Shown here piece after piece: positions 32,601 to 35,323 of a stretch of DNA of 35,323 bases. Position 1 is the first letter of the stretch; each line of letters starts with the position of its first letter. A program made the position numbers and the translations under genes. Location: assembly GCA_048772705.1 (NCBI GenBank), contig JBLWGC010000120.1, positions 1 through 35,323 of the forward strand. Direction: 5' to 3'. Below the pieces are notes generated by a model. That model made no database searches. It was not told where the DNA came from and saw only the letters and a program-made list of their open reading frames with translations. The stretch is from Leidyana gryllorum EB-2025a (Eukaryota; Protista; Apicomplexa).

Positions 32601-33335
32601 AAAGTCGAGCAATCCCGAATCGTGATTTACAGTGGCATATTCTGCAGAGAACTCGGCCTCAAGCGTGTCTAGCTCGGGCTGGTCCATAAGGAAACCATGA
32701 AAGGTGTTGTTCCCAGACCCAAAAAAGTGGCATCAAGGCCACATTCCCCTCCACCATGCCATGAAAGTATCAACAAAAGCAGTCCCGCAAGACACCTGGC
32801 TGGGCTGGATGGCGCTGGTTCGTCTGGATAATGGGAGCCGTACTCCTTTGTCAGTGGGGGATGACCAGATTCGGTTGCGCAGGTTGACAAATGGTGTGAA
32901 AGGGTCCCTCGTGGTCTTCTGTGTTGGCCTCCGCAATATGCGATTCATTGGCGGTCGGCTCGATACAATCTGCTCGCCATCTAACGGTGTGCCCGAGCTT
33001 ATGGCCGAGGCGGGTATATGTGTAGGCGAGATGACTATCTGTTGTAAGGGGGGGTGTGTCGCCGAGTCTTGTGATGATGCACCTACCTGGCCGCAGACAT
33101 CGGCCTGTGTGTACTCGACAGCTTTGGGAGATGAAGCAGCTGTCGAACGAGGAGAGTTAAGAGAACCGTCCGACGGAGGCCACGTTAAGGGCGATGTTCG
33201 CTTTGTGGAATTAGGTCTCAGTACCAAACGAGGTGAATCAAAGGGTTCATTCATTGTTTCAAGTCGGGAGGCGCAGGGAGTGTTCGGAAAAGAGAAGTAT
33301 AGTTCCGAAGCCCCACGCTGCTGCTCCACCAGCAT
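29608..33335 (-). CDS. Large PH-domain protein with disordered S/P-rich N-terminus and C-terminal coiled-coil. Probable introns 32679-32795 (uncertain), 32056-32099, 31930-31973, 31794-31851, 30772-30821, 30375-30434, 30209-30256, 29739-29787
   Basis: PH signature (PLC/PRAF-type) after splicing: MRQGANLLKRTSYGQPHLRHFQLSPDLKRLLWYSG..IKIASITEIKVG..SFRVI..LDLAAKDEEEFDLWVAGLKAL. The splice chain keeps frame to TGA at 29608. Start may be 33254, and linkage of the first exon is tentative. Confidence 0.72.
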
Positions 33336-33411
33336 TGAGTGACAGATATGAGTGCCTAGAAGAAGGGCATGCAAGCAAGCGCGTGCTGATAGTGACTGGG
33401 TGCAACTGAGT

Positions 33412-35323
33412 TTAGGTTTGCAATGAAGCCTTCACTTTGACCAGCCAGGCCAAAGTCACTTCGCGACAAGCTTTGGGAGAATCAGCTGTTCTCAAACTCT
33501 GCACCCGGCATTTCCTCACAGAGTGCCACTATTTCTACTTACCGAAATCAACGTGTCCACAAAACCTGAACTGGCACCAAGCAGGTTGAGCATAACGTCA
33601 TTGACTTCACCAAATAGAGCCATTATCGCTCTCATCGTCACCTCCTTGGCGGCTGAGTCCCCTTCCTGAGCTTTCACCCCGAAACAGCTCCCCGTAGCAG
33701 TGAACCGCAATAGCACCCCCATTTCCTGCAACAACTGCGCCGATCCGCAATTTCGGTGCCCGCCATGACTGTCTGCGCTTACCCTCAACGTAGCGGCAAC
33801 CTGATAATCTTCCGCGGACATTAGCTGTGTCATCAGAGCTCTCAGAATGTCTGGGACCCGTAACATCTTGGGAGTAACCGAGGCCAAAAGTGTGGCTCTG
33901 TCGCAGGTGAGGGCTGGGTGTTTCAGTAACTGTTCCGTCACGACGGGACTCTTGTTGGCCAACAAGCGTAATTGGTCGACAATGTCCACATTGGTGTAGA
34001 AGTGGCAGAGGATATTGGTATAGGCTTGAACGTTACCGCCAGTGTAGTTGGAGACAGTACCGTTCCGCACACCCAAAATCATCCCGTGCAGGAGATAGTC
34101 AATCACAGATTCTTTGACCTGATCCGTCGGCGAGACTGCTCCTCTCAAAGTACCCAATATGGACACGCTCGGAGGCAAGAAATCTTTTGTGAGAGTCAGC
34201 ATAATCGCCGACGCAGGGGCCTTGCACCCGAGTGTCTGTACAATGGAGAGAACCTCTTGCAGAGTGTCACGAGCCAACGAGTTGCTGGTGGCGTTCTCTG
34301 CCCCATAAAGGGTCACCCACGACTGAACATGCGTGTGCAGCATCCTGTAGGAGAGGTGTGAGTGATTGAACATTGGTGGAGACGGCGGTTTACCATGAGA
34401 GAAGTGTGGTGCCCTCGTGTGGGCGTGAGAGAATGCTTATGACGCCGGCGTCTCCCCAGGTATTGATGACAGCGGTGACGAGACTGGCGAGTCCGGTCAG
34501 ATAACCGGTGCTGCGGTGCGACACTCCACCCTCGACGGCGGCCCTTTGACATATTGGGAGCAGCTGGACGTAAAAGGTCGGAAGAAGTTTACCGAAACTC
34601 TCCTGCACTGCAGCCATCTGACAGCCATTGATGAAGCGACGAGCCAATATGAGACTATTATGGAACAGTCGACCAGTTGATCCCAAGAGCTGCGACAAAG
34701 AAAGAGACGGCGATTGAGAGGCGAGAGAAGTGTGTGTGTGAATTTCTTACCTCGACTGCGAAACCAATAAACTCCAACATTCGGTTGACTTGATCGATCG
34801 CAAAGCTCAAGTCATTGTAGCCTTTGAGGAAACTACTCAGAGCTCTGGTGGTCCGACTTATCCAGTCAATGACAGCCCACTTTTGTGCTTGAGTTGCCGT
34901 GGAATAAAAGTCCGAGACTTGAGATCTGTCCACATTGGCCAAGACACTGTCGACGATGACACGTAGTAACGCTTGTTTTTGTTCGCCCTGAGTCAGACAA
35001 GTTCCAGTAAACTCGAAGATCCGTAATTGATCCTCCAGAGAGAGCATAAGCCGATTCGGATGGTAAGTTTTGTCCATCCACTTTCCGCCTTCGAGCTCCT
35101 CGAACGTCTCAATCCGTGGCATCATGTCGGGTGGCAAGGCCTCAATGCTAAAGTACCCGTCTTGTTGCAGTGAAACGACTATGGGGAAGAGGACCGGTGC
35201 TGGCGGCAGTGGCATAGATTTGGTGAAACGTAAGAGCTCGCGAACCGCAACAAAGACCGCCCGTCGGGAGTCTTGCGAACGCAGTCCTGTTGGTCCCAAG
35301 AGCGCTGTCAGTCCCGCCACAAC
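33412..35323 (-). CDS. XPOT: Exportin-T (Los1/XPOT, tRNA export karyopherin), C-terminal part; 5' end outside the window. Introns 34690-34750, 34345-34393, 33735-33782, 33499-33542
   Basis: LTALLGPTGLRS..LLRFTKSM and LSLEDQLRIFEFTG..KQALLR resemble recalled exportin-T segments (AFLDHRGLRH..RFVKSL; SDDQLFIYETAG..KQALMR). HEAT-like helical pattern. Introns keep frame to TAA at 33412. Confidence 0.7.

Noticed and set aside
1-35323. Non-standard genetic code, mobile elements, tRNA/rRNA genes
   Set aside because: TAA, TAG and TGA all end genes, and internal stops are explained by GT-AG introns. No transposase, RT, terminal repeats or RNA-gene signatures were recognised by eye.

Overview
This is eukaryotic genomic DNA, not prokaryotic. 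The genes are very tightly packed and contain about 32 hand-called GT-AG introns, mostly 38-61 nt. The host looks apicomplexan/alveolate (possibly gregarine-like); this is an inference from compaction and the PWI protein N-terminus. Left to right: (1) the 3' part of a giant (>4,600 aa) protein with ~9.15 kb of combinatorial 63/72-bp acidic repeats; (2) an intronless fungal-type siderophore-iron transporter (SIT/ARN MFS); (3) a membrane-anchored SDR; (4) a GT92/DUF23-like glycosyltransferase; (5) a sedlin-family TRAPP subunit; (6) CWC22; (7) a hypothetical ORF; (8) eIF1A; (9) an SRRM1-like PWI protein; (10) a small spliced hypothetical gene; (11) a PH-domain protein; (12) the 3' part of exportin-T. 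Four things stand out: a normally fungal siderophore importer in a non-fungal-looking context; two long, in-frame, stop-free CWC22 introns that each carry a sequence complementary to their own 5' splice site; the slot-like repeat grammar of the giant protein; and head-to-head genes only 16-59 nt apart. All family calls are from motif recognition by eye; no searches were run.
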